DNA from: Peribolospora baueri
Taxonomy: Eukaryota
NCBI GenBank assembly: GCA_029717555.1
Contig: JAMDHS010000031.1
Span: 62,001-126,000 of the forward strand
DNA length: 64,000 nucleotides
Reading direction: 5' to 3'
The notes under the pieces are model-generated. The model did not search any database, was not told the origin of the DNA, and saw nothing but the letters and a program-made list of their open reading frames with translations. Position 1 is the first letter of the stretch; each line of letters opens with the position of its first letter. The translations under genes and the position numbers were made by a program. Shown in pieces: positions 11,374-23,343 of the stretch.

Positions 11374-12916
11374 GTCTTCTCTTTCTGTTGTCCCCCTCTC
11401 TTCCTTGTCATCGTCTGTTTTAGGGGGCAAGGCCGACGCACTACGGCTGCTTCGCACGACCGACGGCCGGATCCACCTTCTTCCCGCTCCCGTCGTCGAC
11501 ACAGCGTGTAGCGCCGCGGCGTCTTCCCTCCATCAGTCCGTCTGTGTGTGTTTGCGTGCGTGCATATCGCCGTCAAACACGTTCAGCACGGTTGCTTTCC
11601 CCCTCCTCCTCTCCCCTTCTCCTGTCTGCCTGCGTCCCCCAAACCCTCGCCGGGTGGATTAGGATGAGCTGGCTGAAGTCACGAACTGGTCATCGCTCCA
11701 TCCCCCTTCCTTCCCTTCCCTTTCTTGCGTTTTCGTGCATTCCATCATCCAACAGGGAGGGCTGATTTCGTACCGCGTCCCTCGACTCCCTTCTACCCAT
11801 GTCCTCCACCGCGTTGTCCGTTCGGCGTCGCGTCGTCGGCAGTGCTTGAGCTCCGCAGTGCCACTATCCGCCCCGCCATGGTATACGACGCGACAGCGAC
11901 GACGACGGCGACAATGACGTTCGACCTTTCCACCCCTTTTCATTCCTTCAACCAGTCCTTCCCCCTTTTCGATGTACGCACCAGCCATCCTTCTCTACGG
12001 ACATTCAAGCTTCCTTCTCTCGTTCCTTCACCGCCTCTCCCCATTCCGTTTTACTCCATCTGATTCTGGCCCCTACTCGCTGTACACCTCCCCATTCTGC
12101 CTCTCCGTTCCTATCAAGCGATGAGGCCCTAGAGCACTGTATGTACTGTAATCGTGGCGCCGTGGAGCGCGGTGAGACGCCGAGGCGGACTGCAGTTCGT
12201 TCGTTTTCGCTTTCTTTCCCCTCTCTCGTCCTTCGCTACGGCATCTCCACCTGGCCCAGAACGAGACGAGCGCGAACGGAAAGAATACGAAGCGAGCGGG
12301 AGCAGAGCGCAGAGAAAAGCTCGGAGCTCGTTCGTCTCCGCTCGCGAATCGTCGAAGAAGGGCCGAGCTAAAAAGTCGCCTTGATGGTTTCCCCTAGCGC
12401 CTGGTCGAGCCCGTCTTATGCGCTCTTCTCTGCATCTCTGTCTAGTTGGGAGCGGGTACTGCCAGATAAGGCGGTGATGAATTCCATCTCCCGCGCCATT
12501 CCCTTCCCCCTATGCGGCCCCTATGCGGCAAGCTCGCCTGAACCTCTTCCCAGGCTTGGCCGCGGCCTCTCCATTTTATTGCCACGTGTGGAGAGCTCCC
12601 TCACAGCCGTCTTTTCGCCCCAACAAGAAACCGCTCTACCGTTGGAGCTGATTCCTTCTCGGCCAGTTCTCGACTCACTCCGCTTCTAATCGCCCTACCA
12701 GCCGTCCTTCCCTTCCCGTCTCGTGCATGCTCCCAGCTCGTTGATTTTCTTCCAGCGCCTTTTGGCATGGTTGAAGGATGTCTCTGCCCACGGCCGGCGT
12801 ACGTCCGAAGTTACAGGTTTAATTCTAAATAAATTATCTTATTCAAACTTTTTAAACAATAAGCTTAGTGTGCGAGAGTGACGCAGGAGAAACGGACGGC
12901 TGCGAGGCGTCCTATC

Positions 12917-15682
12917 TTACGGACCCCCTGCCAGCGTCCTCTCCGCCTCTTCCACCACGGCTGCCCAGGCTTTGTGCACGTGCTCCTCCCTCGTCCAGGG
13001 GCTCCCGACGACGAGGCGCACGCAGAAGACCTCGCCGGGGAGCATGGTCTGCGTGAGGGCGAGGTCGGAGCGCGAGGACAGAGCGGCGTAGAAGGATATG
13101 TTGAGCGCGTTCGCCTCCTCCTTCTCTTCCACGCCGTCACCTTCCTCGCCGCGCGCGCGGGGCGCGCGCGGTCTCAGGCGGAACACCACGAGGCTCCACC
13201 TCGGCTCGGCGCACAGCTCGAAACGCTCGTCGCTCTCGACGAGCTCTCTGAAGACTTGCGCGCAACGCATGCCCAAGCGGAGGTGTGCGCGCAGGCCGCT
13301 GAGTCCGTGGGAACGGAGGACGAACCAGACTTTGATTGAGCGGAAGCGGCGGCCGAGGGTTAGGGACCAGTTCCGGTAGTCCGTCACTTGGCCTGTGGAG
13401 GGGTGAAAAGGGATAAGGGAAGGAGGGGAGCGACGAGAAGAATGGAAAGCGATGTGAGCGGTAACCGGGGAGGCAACGCGGCACAGAAGAGGGGTGGGGG
13501 GGGCGACCAAGATGACATGAGGAAGAAGGGTTCGACTCGACTCACCAGCGCCGCCGCGTTTCGTCTTAAGGTACTCCGGTGTGACCTCGAAAGCATCCTC
13601 AAGCCATGCCCGGTCGCGGATGAAGAGGCACGAAGCGTCAAAGTTGACGAGTCCCCATTTATGGAGCTGTGTGTACGGACGCGAGTCGAGAGCGAGGTGC
13701 GAAAGGACATCGATCAGAGAGGCTTGGTCGTCAACGCGAGCCGACGAGAGGAAGGGCAGGAAGAGCGCGAACGGAGGGAGAACTGACGTTGGTACAGTAG
13801 CTATACGCGCCACTGTTGATGGCATCAAGATAATTGGCTTTGCGCATCTCGGGAAGCGCGAGAGTGACGCCAGCGTAGGCGGCTGCGACACGAGATGTGA
13901 CGAGACGAGAAACGGTCGGGCCGAGTACGGTTCGGTCAGCAAGCCTTTGCGCAAATGAACACAGCAAAGCGGCGCGGGAGCAGACGCTCACCGTCAACGT
14001 GCAGGAACAACTTGGGGTGATCGCGGAGGACCTCGACGATCTCGTCCATGCGATCCACCGCGCCGGACGAGGTCGTACCGACGGTGGCGACTGGGCGACG
14101 ATAAGGGAAACACGATTAGCATGGCACTAGGGAGAGCTTTCTAGCGGACTCACTCAGAAAGAACGGAACCTTCCCCTCCGCCGCGTCCTCCTCAATTGCT
14201 TTCCGGAGCGTCTCCCCGCGCAGGGCAAAGTCGTCTTCCTTGGAGACTGGAAGGGCGCGGAAGGGAAGGCCAAGGATAAGACCCGCTTTGGCGCCGAGCG
14301 AGTGGGTCTGCAGCGCGGAGCGGAGATGCCATAAGGGAGATTGGAAGACCGTGCGAGATGTCGCGCGAGAAGTGGAAGATCAAACGGTGAGAGAGGGCCG
14401 AAAGGGAGCCTAGAAAGCGGCGCTCACTTGAGTGGTACCGTAAATGACCAGCCGACTAGTGATCCTGCTCCTCTGCTCCGCCGTCAATGCCCTAGCCAGG
14501 CTCCGACCCGCTCGTACGGCCGCACTAGGGCTCTCCGTGCCATTCGTCTGCGCCGCCGCTGCCGCCGGTGGCCCGCTAGGATGGGCCTGATCGGGATGCA
14601 CTCGAAGGAGATCGGCGGCAGAAGAGTCTTCTTCTGCAAAAATGAGCCGAATGGCCCTCTCCCTTGCTGCGATGGCAGCCACAAGGGCGACCTCGGAGGC
14701 GCCGCCTAGGATCGCACCTCCACCGACGCCAGTGGTCGATAGGAAGGCAGAGGAGAGGCCGAAGGCCCGCGCCAGTTGGTCCATGACTGCCGATAAGGAG
14801 GGAAGAGAAGGAACACGATAACGTTAACCAACGTCGCGCCTCGACGTACGAAGGAAGTGGAAGACACTAGCTCACCATGCTGTTCCAGCTCGGTCACAGA
14901 GGGCGAGCAAGACCACTGCGGAGCAGAGAGAACGTGATGAGTCCAGCCGAGCACATGCAAGGGTTGTGAGCCCAACGCGAAAGGTGCTCGCTCACGTTGA
15001 AGCCGGGATTGCTGACCGCCGCGGCCCACATGTCGCCGAGGATGCCCTCGAAGCTGGTGTTGGCCGGATAGTAGGCGAAGAAGGAGGGGTGCTGCCAATG
15101 GGTGATGCTAAGCGGAGTGGATGCGAGACAGGTAGTTCAGCCCCACACCACTGTCTCGACGGCACACACAGCATGAGCAAACCTCAGGGTCATGTCTCCT
15201 GGACTCACCCGGGCATGATAACATTTTCAAAGTCATCTTGTATCACCTCCCACGGCTCTGGCTCTTCGGGAAACGTCTCTGAGCGCACGGTCGGGCGAAG
15301 AGGTGAACGAGTGGGACCAATTCAACGAGCGCGCCAAGATGACCCCTTAACCGACCAGCGACCGGCCTACATACCGGGGAGCTGTTTGGTCAGAAAGCCC
15401 GGTTGGACCTGACTGACGACTGGCCGTTCCTGGAGGGCGTAATAATACTCACATATCCTGGAAAAAAAAAGCAGAAGTAGGGATAATTGCCAAAGAGAAA
15501 GACAGAAGCGTGGGTTAGGGCGCCCTGAGCACCGACACGGCCTGCTCACCTGTCCACGGCTGCGTACCCGGCTTTGCGAAAGCTACAGAAGAGCGTCGAT
15601 AAGGTCGGGGTCCGGCTCTTTCGGGCTAGGGGACGAGCCTGACCGGCCACACCGGCAGGCGGACGTACCCTTCGATATCCAT
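12917..15682 (-). CDS. PLP-dependent aromatic-L-amino-acid decarboxylase (group II)
   Basis: MDIEGFRKAGYAAVDRI..., IMPGITHWQHPSFFAYYP, ATVGTTSSGAVD, LHVDAAYAG, NLHKW (PLP lysine), TPEYLK, DYRNWSLTLGRRFRSIKVWFVLR. Confidence 0.95.
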
Positions 15683-16116
15683 CTTTATGTCTAAGGACGA
15701 GAATGCGATTCGATCTGGAACATGCGGGAACAAGACGAGCGACAACGGCGAGTTACGAAACGGGACGGTCGATGGGAGTTGGAAAAGGTCACAGACAGGC
15801 TAATCTTGGACGAGGATCAGACGAGAAGATCGCCGGTCCGAGGAATCGGCGCTATTCGGCCGTCTCGACTCGTGATCGGTAATCAGACCCTCTCCGGTCG
15901 TCGACGTGCGATTCCATCCCATTCGACAGCGAGTTTGTAAAGAAACACGAAGAGAGAGAAAGAGAGTTTCAGGTACGATCCGACACTAGTATTCATAAAC
16001 TAAAGGCGAGAGATCGACCGAGTCCGACGAAGTGAGCCAGGCTGAAGGGGGATGGTGATGGGGATAGAGAGCGAGGGTGCTGTGCGACGTCTCCGAACGT
16101 GAGAGGATCATGCGCG

Positions 16117-17938
16117 TCAAAGGGCCCGCGTCGTGTTCGTGCACTCTCCATTCCCGTACCAGCCCATCCGGATGCCGACGTAAGGTCTGCGACAAAAGCA
16201 GGCAAAGGCAAAAGAGACGCGGTGGCCCCGCGCAGCGTGAGCACAAGTATCAGACAGAAATGGCTGCCAGCGCTCCCTCTCTCCACCTCACGGCCAGCAG
16301 GATGTCGCGCAAACTCACCCGTCATGCATGGCCCAACCCAGGTTATCCGCAACCGAGTCTGCACAGTTCTGGTTCTCCTGCCCTGGACAGTACTCTACGG
16401 ACGTCAAGTTCGGAGAGGGGATCCAGAGCTCGCCTGTTGAAGGAGGGTGCGATAGTGTGACGGAAAATTGAGAGATGTAGACGGGTAAGTCGGTGGGGGT
16501 CCGGTCAGCAGGGAAGATGGTGGCGAAGGTCGACGTGAGTGAAGGAGGAAGGAAATACTCACCTGCTGTGTGCCAGTAGCCCGTGTAAATGGGAGGTAGG
16601 TGGGGCACGATGTCTTCAAGGGGGAAGAAGACAACGTCATCACAATCGAGTTTGAAGTCGTCCATGGGCAACTGCACCTGAAAGCTCTCTCACCGTTATA
16701 GTTCGTGAGATGGTGGATGATACCAAGGTAGCCGGTTTTGTATCGAGCGTCCACGAGATCAGCAAAGTCCTTGTTTCCGACGCGGGGCAAGCCGACTGTG
16801 AAGCGAGGGGGAGCGAGGATAGAAGGGGGGGTGATTGTGATCAGAGAGAAATGGTCAGGTGGGACACGAGCCAAAAGCGACGGAGGCGCGGAGAATGAGA
16901 TGTCTCACATAGGATCGTCTTGACATTAACTTTCCTCCCCACTCGCTCCTCGGTGAGATGGGCGTTAAGAGCGAGGCCGTCCATCAAAGCGATCGCCGCG
17001 CCCAGGCTATGGCCCGTGACCAACACCTCGTCCACCCCGTCACCCTTCGTCACCGCCGCGGTGATGGTGTCTGTGATATTGGCGATCGTAGTGTTCCACG
17101 TTCGCTGGAAGCCTTGGTGCACGGAAGGTTCAATGATGTGGCCGTCTGCGTCTGACGTCTGTGACAGCAGATGCCGAGCAGCGACGTTGTCAGGAAGTGG
17201 ACTCGACGCCGTCCTCGACGAGGGCCGAACGGAAGCCGAGCTGTTGTACGTCACGTTCAAGGCGGACGCGAGCAGAGGGTCGAGTTTGACGGGGAAAAGG
17301 TCAAGGTCGTCGAGGATGGACAGGATCGAGTTGGTGTTGGTACCTGGGAGAGGGGGAACATGAGCCGAATCAGACAGCGAGTATGGAAGCGAGGCTCGTC
17401 GAGGCGATGGTCCGACGCGACGCCGGTAGGACTCGCCTTGATGAGCGACGACAACGCGACGAGCGCGGGATTGCAGGGCGATGTAGTAGTAAGGCGTAGC
17501 ATCTCCATCTCCGCCCGCCTCCAGCACTTGGACTGGACCGAGCGCTTCACACGCCGCTGCTTGGGAACGAAAGGAAAAGGGACGACTCAATATCGATGGC
17601 TGGGCGCAACGCCGGACGACTTGTCCTGCATACTCACTTCCACAGCTCCACCGGCCTCTTTCCACTACGTCCGCGCAATAACTCGCGCTCGCAAAGTTGG
17701 CCGCCGTGCGAAGGTCGTCCAGCTGGCTCGTGCCGTTGTACGGCACGGCGGGGCGTCTGTTGATGAGTGTCGGGTCGGTGGGCTGGGGGTCGGAGATGGT
17801 CGTGGTCGTGGTGGTGGCCGTGGAGGTCGCGGCGGGCAATGGCAAAGCGTCGGGGGTGGGTACAAAAGGGATCTGCCTGCCAGCCGCGCAGAGGGCGAGA
17901 GAGATGAGGGCGAAAGCGCCAGAGAAAGGCGAACGCAT
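16117..17938 (-). CDS. Secreted class-3 lipase with intact catalytic triad
   Basis: Signal peptide MRSPFSGAFALISLAL; VVVAHQGTN, VHQGF, VTGHSLGAAIA, GLPRVGN, DIVPHLPP, MHDGPY. Last exon ends ...TRAL* at 16117. Confidence 0.9.
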
Positions 17939-18399
17939 CTTGGAGAAACAAAGACAAAATACGGGTACGGTAAGCTGGAGTCCGCTTGGTAACCGGTGCC
18001 TCAACATAAAATAGGGATGACGACGAGGTCAGGATGAGATTCGCCAAGGCAGGAGGGTGATAGCAACGTCCCGAAAGGGGCGACCGTGACATTCGCCTTC
18101 TCCACCCGTCAGCTAGGCCCCTTTCCCAGTCTTGGTTAGCGCCAGGACGTGCTCGAGCGGCTAAGGTTCGATCAGGCTGACTGCGGCTCGCCCACGGGCC
18201 ACGGGTGAGATCGATCTTCAAATTATATGGCTGCTAGAGTAAGGTATGTATCTATGTACCATACGGTCTAAAAGACAAGAAAGAGGCAGGCAGTAAACCT
18301 TGAAGCTCGTCGCTGGTAGCTAGCACGCTACATGGATGGATGGCTAGATGGATAGACCGGACGACCGACGGCTTCCCACGAGATCCGGTCGTTCAAGGG

Positions 18400-21300
18400 T
18401 CAAGGCTGACGGCGGACCGTGAACGAGGGCGACAGGTAGCTATCGTAATCTCTCTGCAACGTGCCATCGGTGAATGGCCTCTGCGCGCGGATGAGCACTC
18501 GGTACACGCCGTCGGGAACGAGCGTGCCGTTGAGGAAGGTGCCCGTGACCGCCTTACCGTTGTATCCGTTGTCCGTCTGGTTGCCCGTGTTCGAGCTCCG
18601 CGACTCGTACGCGCCGGCGTCCATCTGGCCGAGCGTAGGGACCTGATCGAAAGTGAGGTCGTCCTTAGAGGAGGGAGAGGCGGATTGCTGTTGGCTCTGC
18701 GCCGAGCGGCGGCCCTCGTTCCCGAGCCTCCGCTTGCCGGAGACGATCTTGCCCGCACCGCTCTTGCCCTCGGCGTTGGAAATGGTGGGGGAAAAGTCGA
18801 TGTCCGCCTTGACGAGATCGCTGAAGGGATGGAATAGGATGGAGTAGGGTGGGAGAAAGCAACTCAGTCCCCTGCTCAGGAGGAACACGAACGGGAACCG
18901 TAAGAACACCTACGTCTGATAAAATTTCGTTCCCTGGGAGAACTTCCAAACCAGTGCCGGCTGCGACGAGTTGTCCGTGAGCGAGTAGACGTGCTGCTTG
19001 GTGATCACATTGCCGCTCGGGCTGACCAAGGCGGGCATTTGGACGCCGAGTTTCGGGGGGATTCCGTAGTCTAGGACGGGGCAATCCTCCATGCTGCGAT
19101 GACGAAACGAGAAGGAACGCGACGAAAGTATCAGCACCGCGCTCGTACGAATATCTCCCGCCTTGTCCATCACCAACCGGGACTCACCTGGCAGCGACAC
19201 CCATGTAAGGCACGCGGTAGACAGACTGCGTGCCCTCGAGGGGGACGAGCTTGATAAAGCCAGAGTACACCGGGAACTGCCTCGCCTTGAGTCCCGCAAC
19301 GGGAGGCTCAAAGAACGCGCTCACCTCGGCCGTCTGGCCGGGCTCGACGGTTACCGTGGACGAGGCGAAGGTGACGTTCGCATGGGGCCTGATGAGCGGC
19401 ACGGGGTACGGGATGGGCTCGGTCGGCGCGCGAGCGTCGTACGTGAGCGCTGTGCCTGCCGGCTCGTGCTGGAGGGCAAACACCTGCGTGCGCGTGTCCA
19501 AGTTATGCAATCGAAGCGTGTGTGCGCGCACGAAGTGTTTCGTGTCGTTGAGCGCCAGGTGGGAAGGAGTGACGAGCGTGGTGGCTTGCACGGCATCATA
19601 CAGGTTCACCAGTCCACTGCCCTGCTGCGCGGTGGTGTGGACGATACCCGGGGACGAGACGTTGACGGCCACAGGATTGGCCGTGCTGGCGAACAGTGCC
19701 CGCAGGGCGGGCACGTCGGCGAGGCGCCGGTCGCCCTTTGCGCTCATGTAGAGCGCAAGGCATCCGGAGAGAAAAGGTGTAGCCATGGAGGTGCCGGACA
19801 TCATGCCGTACGTGTTGTTGGGGAGCGTGGACAAGATGTTTCCCCCGGGTGCCAAGATGGTGGGCTTCTGAGCGAGCTCAGTGGTGGGGCCGAAGGTGGA
19901 GTAGTCGGACACGTACCCGCCCGTCTTGGTGTTGGCGATTCCGACGAGCTGCTTCGACGAGAAGTCGAGCGTGACATTCTTGCCGGCCGCGTACTGTTTT
20001 GCGAGGTAGACGCCATCCTCGCGCTGCAAAAAGGCCGTGCGAAGCCCCTTATAGTGATCCTCTGCGAGGAAGCGACGATCGAACAAGGACGACATGTGAG
20101 AGTCCGCCTCCTGTGTGAGAGTCTATCTGTCCATCATCGCGCCGACCCAGACCCATTTGCACGTACCGAGATAAGTGATACCCGCTCCAGCGTTATTATA
20201 AATAAGCACAAATTTCGCCTTCTTGGCCTTCGCGTGAGTGTACTTCGTGGTGAACAAGCACGTCCCTCTCTGAATGATGACAATGTAGCCGCTCAAGTCT
20301 GGTGTCGAGTCAGGCAGGGGCTCGCATGCGTCGGCCGGGTTGGACGTGTTCGTAGAGGTGAAATAGATGGGCATCGGCCTGCCAATGTCGAAGGGCAAAG
20401 CGGAGAGATAGGTGATTTCGGCGTGGCCGTCGGACAGCGAGGTGTTGTAGCCCGGGAAGATGCTGTTGTCCACAGAGCCCACCGAGACGACGTGGTAGGC
20501 TGTCGCCGGAGACGAAGAGTAGAACATGCCCATCGCGCCGTCGTTGCCCGCGGCAGTCACCACGGGCGTGCCCAGGTGGGCAATGCGCGAGGCGACGGCC
20601 GAGTCGGGACTCTCTGCCCATCCGCTCGGCCCGCCGAGCGACATGGAGATGACGTCTACACCGTCGTGAAAAGCGCGTTCCATCTAAAAGGCGAAGGGCG
20701 GAGCGGATGGGACGCAAAGAGGTTAGGCACGGCTCAATGATGGGCGGGACGGATGGGAAAGGAAACAAAAACAAGGAGACTCACGGCCTTGATGACAATG
20801 TCATTCGCAGCGCTGCCGCTACATCCGAAGATTCGGTACATGTTGATCTTGGCCTTCGGCACGACGCCATTAAAGCCGAGCGCGTTGTCTTCGGCGGCGA
20901 TGATACCACTCACGTGCGTTCCGTGGGACGCTCCGGAGCAGGTCTTGACGACGGGGTCCGGGTCCGGATGGGGCGTGTTATCGCCCTGCGATGGGAGAGG
21001 AAAAAGAAAAATATTGTTCGCAAGCAGTGAGCCAGAGTCCGAGTGGGCGGCGGACTGACGGAAGGGGCCGGAAGCGAGGACTAACGTCGTAATCATCCCC
21101 GACGAGATCGTATCCGCCATGGATCTTGCATCCCTTCTGTCCCCAGCAGTCTCCGCCCAGAGCGGAGTGCACGCCGATGCCGCTGTCAAGGATACCGATG
21201 AGGGTGCCCTCGCCCGCGTAGCCCTCAGCGTGGAGCTTGTCGACGCCAGTCATGGCGTGAGTGGAGAAGGAGTCCTTGAAAGTTTTGCTCAGTCCGGCGG

Positions 21301-21842
21301 AGACGTCGATGGTGATGGCCTTGGTGCCAGGGGCCGGCTGTGGCCTCGGGTAGATGCGAATGGGGGTGATTCCTTTGACGCCGTCGATGCTGAGCAGCTC
21401 CTTCACGTCGTCGGCGCTGTGGAGGAGGAAAGATGCGCCAACGAAGAGACGAGAGTCATTGTAATGTTGGCGGGTCGTGTAGGAAACCTTGCGCTTGGAG
21501 AGGGAAGTAAAAAAATGTTCGTGCGTCTTTTTTGGGGGCGAAGAGGCAAAGAAGCGAGACAGACCATTCGTTTAGGCTCGTCAGACTTGTGTACGCGCAT
21601 ATAGAGATCCTGATAACTCGGTCCGGAGATTGGGCGCTCACCCCAGGCACAATGTTCCTAGTCTGTCCTGCAGACTTTTTGAGCCTCGTGACCGCTTGGT
21701 CATTGTCGAGCTCGACGATATAGCCTCCGGGAAGGACGTCGGCAATATCCTTGTCCGAGATTCTTAGCGTATCAATCGCCGAGGAGGAGCCTGCAAGGCC
21801 GAGCGTGAGTCCTAGACCGAAGAGGACCACGGAAAGACGCAT
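18400..21842 (-). CDS. Secreted subtilisin-like serine protease (S8) with PA and C-terminal Fn3-like regions
   Basis: Signal peptide MRLSVVLFGLGL; triad motifs GILDSG, HGTHVSGII, SGTSMATP; AAGNDG; PA insert ADAC...IIQRGTCLF. Confidence 0.93.
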
Positions 21843-23343
21843 GACTATGAAATGGGAAAGAAGAGAAACAAAAGGGGAGCGATCAACGCTCGAAGAAAGC
21901 GAGGGTATGGCCGGACGAGCAGGCCGGCTAGCCTGTGGGGTGAGAAAGGGGGGGTGGGATAAGAGAGAAAGTGGTGGTAGATCACGACGTCCACGACAAC
22001 GCAAAAGACGGCTGGAGAAGGAAAGTCGGATACGAAGGGAATAGAATTAAATTGGTTAGAGAGGAGACGGGAGACGGGAGACGATGACGACCACGGGTCG
22101 TCCATGGCACTGAAGCCGGCTTACACAACGTAGACGGTGAGCGAACGGACGATGGGCGAGCAGGGGCAGGAATGAGTCTCGCTGTCGGGTTGGAAGGGAG
22201 GCGAGCTCGTTCGAGCCGGCAGCTAGGGCGGCTGTTAGTGGATGGGGGATGTTGTCTGTCGGCTTTAGCTTAATCTTCACTTTCCTCAGCATCTGGGCCT
22301 CGCTAACACGATCTACTCGGCCAAGAGACGTCAGCCATGAACAATTTATTTTGGAAGGTGGCCGTGATGAAGTGTGCGGCGTCTGCGACAGAATGGAGGG
22401 GGGACCTAGGAAGGGGCGCCATTGGCGTCGGTGAGAAGGATAGAGCACTGGCGTCCACTGCACACGCTACCCGAAGAAGATTTATAAATGTGAGCATGCC
22501 AGTGGGAGATGAGACGGAAGATGAACAGATAGGCCAAGGGGAACGGCAGCAGGACGCGCAAGGAGGAGCGGCGAGGGAAGCAGAAAGCAAGCCACAAGAT
22601 CGGCCAGACATCCAACGCCAATGACGAGGTATCTGAACCAGCCGTGGCGGTTGGAAGACGGAAGGAAGGAAGACAGGGAGCGTCACCGGCATCTGAGCAC
22701 GGCAATCGAGCACTTGACGAGCGAGTTGGGATGTTCAACGACGACGGTGGCGCGGACGTGTGTCAGACGATGGACGATGGATGGATGTGAGATGTGCGAG
22801 AGGGCAGGGAAAAGTAGCCAGCCACGCGCGGCGATCCTGCTGCGGCCTGCCTGTCAATCGGCCGCAGCAGGATCGCCGCCACGTGGCCGCCTCCACCGGA
22901 GAGAGGCGGCGTGAAGCGGTCCGGCGTACTCCGAGACTGGAATCTTTGCCAATGGCTCCGGACGAAGGAGGCAAAAGTTCGACAGGGCGGAAAAGAGGAC
23001 GAAGACAAGACAAGACCAAGGCAAAAAGTATCAAGTCGCACGACGACACGGACAGGACGGATCGACAAGCTACGGGTTGTAACTTGCATCAACTAGACCC
23101 ACGGATAGCAGCGAGCAAGCAAGCACGGCAAGGCTCGCAGAAGCCAGATACCAGACGTCCTTACGAAATATCGGACCGACCTCGGCATTCACAGATTCGC
23201 CTTCTCGCCAACATCCCTCACTTTCCTTCTCTTTCTCTTCCCCGTTCGTGTCTCGCTCCGAACTTTCTTCTTCCCATTTCTCATCCAAGTCCTCGACGAG
23301 CGCCTACCACGGTCGGCTCATTTCCTAGACCGCCGCCGGCATC

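Noticed and set aside
12136..12870. Possible CACTA-type element (CACTG...TAGTG ends)
   Set aside because: The ends match over only about 4 nt, with no extended TIR, target-site duplication or transposase.
19163..20740. 525-aa plus-strand ORF (and similar antisense ORFs over the lipase, golgin and septin genes)
   Set aside because: These are antisense shadows of strongly GC3-biased genes on the opposite strand.
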